A stretch of DNA of 64,000 bases from Selaginella moellendorffii (Eukaryota > Plantae > Lycopodiophyta): NCBI RefSeq assembly GCF_000143415.4, contig NW_003314262.1, forward strand, positions 4,226,021 to 4,290,020, read 5' to 3'. The position numbers and the translations under genes are program-made. The notes under the pieces are model-generated. The model was not told the DNA's origin. It ran no database searches and was given only the letters and a program-made list of their open reading frames with translations. Positions 62,470-64,000 of this stretch are shown here, one piece after another (the first letter of the stretch is position 1; each line of letters begins with the position of its first letter).

Positions 62470-62849
62470 GCTGTTAGGCCATGGTGTTTCCCTCTAGTGT
62501 CCCGGAGCAAGTGTTGCACCTAAGGCTTGGGATTTAGAGGGTCCCATGATCAAGCGTTATTGTACCAAGGGATGTTAGGAATTTTGAGGCTTGATGTGCT
62601 TGGCTGCTTGTGTTTGCGAGGAGTGTAGCCAAACCTTAAATCCAATCTAACCCAGGGAGGGGTATTAGGAGAGAATTTGGGAATCCGTGGATGGATGGCT
62701 AACACTTTGTTGCTCGTGTAGTGAGTTGCTGAAACCAAGTAGGCCCAAGTAGGGAACCTTAGGCAGAGAACTTAACTAATGCTAAGGTCGTAGTGGTTGG
62801 ATAGACGAGGTAAGCTAGCAAATTAGAAAGGAGAAATTTGTGGCTTACA
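62470..62849 (+). mobile_element. 3' part of a decayed family A LTR
   Basis: Matches about 11765-12160; ends GTGGCTTACA. Confidence 0.88.
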
Positions 62850-64000
62850 TATGTGTCTCATAACTCCATCACCCATAGACGAAGTTTGATGTCCTCATCG
62901 AACGATAAACTATTTTATAAAATAACCCTATCATGGATTATAATTTTTCATCATTGGCACCTAACCAATATTCATCAATGGTTTGACACCAAAGGCTCAT
63001 CATACCTTGCCCATCCTTTAAGGAACATAGTCTCACCAACTTACAAATTCATTAGACCACTTATGGTGGTTCTCTCCCTTTATTTGGTTTAGTTCTTGCT
63101 AAACCCATTAGAAACACCTTCTCTATCTCAATCTCACTACTCATTTCTGAGTAGTCTTAACTTCTATCAACATAGCCATTGCACTTTAGAACTTTTATTT
63201 TGACTTTTCAAGTCAATTTCTTAGGTGTCTTTGACACCTTGCATTGCACATTTAGTGCAAACTCCACTTCCCCATCCTAGGAAGTTTTTTACTTGAGGGC
63301 ACCATCATCCTCTCTTCTCTTTTATTCTACATTTGGCACTAAGTTCCATGTATTTATAATTTGTGTTAGGATTGCCCATAACCTTATCATTTGGCTATCT
63401 TGCTACTCCCTCCTTTAGAGCTTTCACTTTGCCAAATTGGAGCATTTAATAAATCCATCATTGGAAATATATTTCTTTTTCCACAATCTGTTAATATTAA
63501 ATACATGAGTGTTCTTCGCCTAACTTTTCCATTTGAATTCTTTTCAATGATTTCCATGGCCCATACTTAACCACTAGTCTTTTTCTTTTATCCTTTGAGT
63601 GTTGCATCAAATAACATAAGATCACTATCTCCATCCTCAAGATATCCTTTCGATTCCATGGCAAAGGTTTTGCTTTGCAAAGTTTAAAGGGTGTTCATCC
63701 CTAGTAGGTCTATTTAGCGTTTTCTACTATGGGTTCTATGCACGGTGCAACGTAGTGACACACCCATGAGTCCCTTCCTTAGATTTGTAATACCACTACA
63801 TTGTTGTAATTCATTTTCCTTAGATGTCTTTCCCACTTAGTCACTTTGACTAAGCCACACTATTATCAATAGTTCAAATCAACAATTTGAACTAGAAACT
63901 TTATTACAAGGATTTTATCTTTATTTTAGCCATAAGATTACTTAGTGATTTAACCTTGACACTTTAATAGGTTTGTCAATAAGTATTAAGTCTTCCAAAC
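62850..64000 (-). mobile_element. Decayed family B internal region
   Basis: 63135-64000 is collinear with about 12161-13050. Confidence 0.85.

Overview
Eukaryotic plant nuclear DNA, most likely a lycophyte such as Selaginella (inferred from 45-65 nt introns, an S-motif-rich PLS PPR gene, an EUL-lectin array and an endonuclease-less Penelope-like element). 1-20 kb is a nest of retroelements. A young Ty3/Gypsy chromovirus (family A, 1-12160) has an integrase split by two short GT-AG introns and carries a 5.55 kb circularly permuted, endonuclease-deficient Penelope-like element (PLE). A sits inside a second, apparently pol-less LTR family (B) that shares a double T-loop cis-element with it, and B sits inside a decayed Copia. 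21-28.6 kb holds three host genes: M17 leucine aminopeptidase, PP2A B56 subunit and a PLS-class PPR. 26.5-56.4 kb is a tandemly amplified PPR / GT29 sialyltransferase-like / tRNA-Cys / two-domain EUL-like lectin cassette: about three lectins remain intact, but only one intact copy of each other component. It is interrupted by a non-chromovirus Gypsy (family C) carrying two solo LTRs. 56.4-64 kb is heavily decayed A/B/C debris. The most interesting signals are the intron-dependent chromovirus integrase (plus a possible Gag/Gag-Pol switching intron) and the permuted PLE riding inside it. All calls were made by eye from the sequence; no database searches were run.
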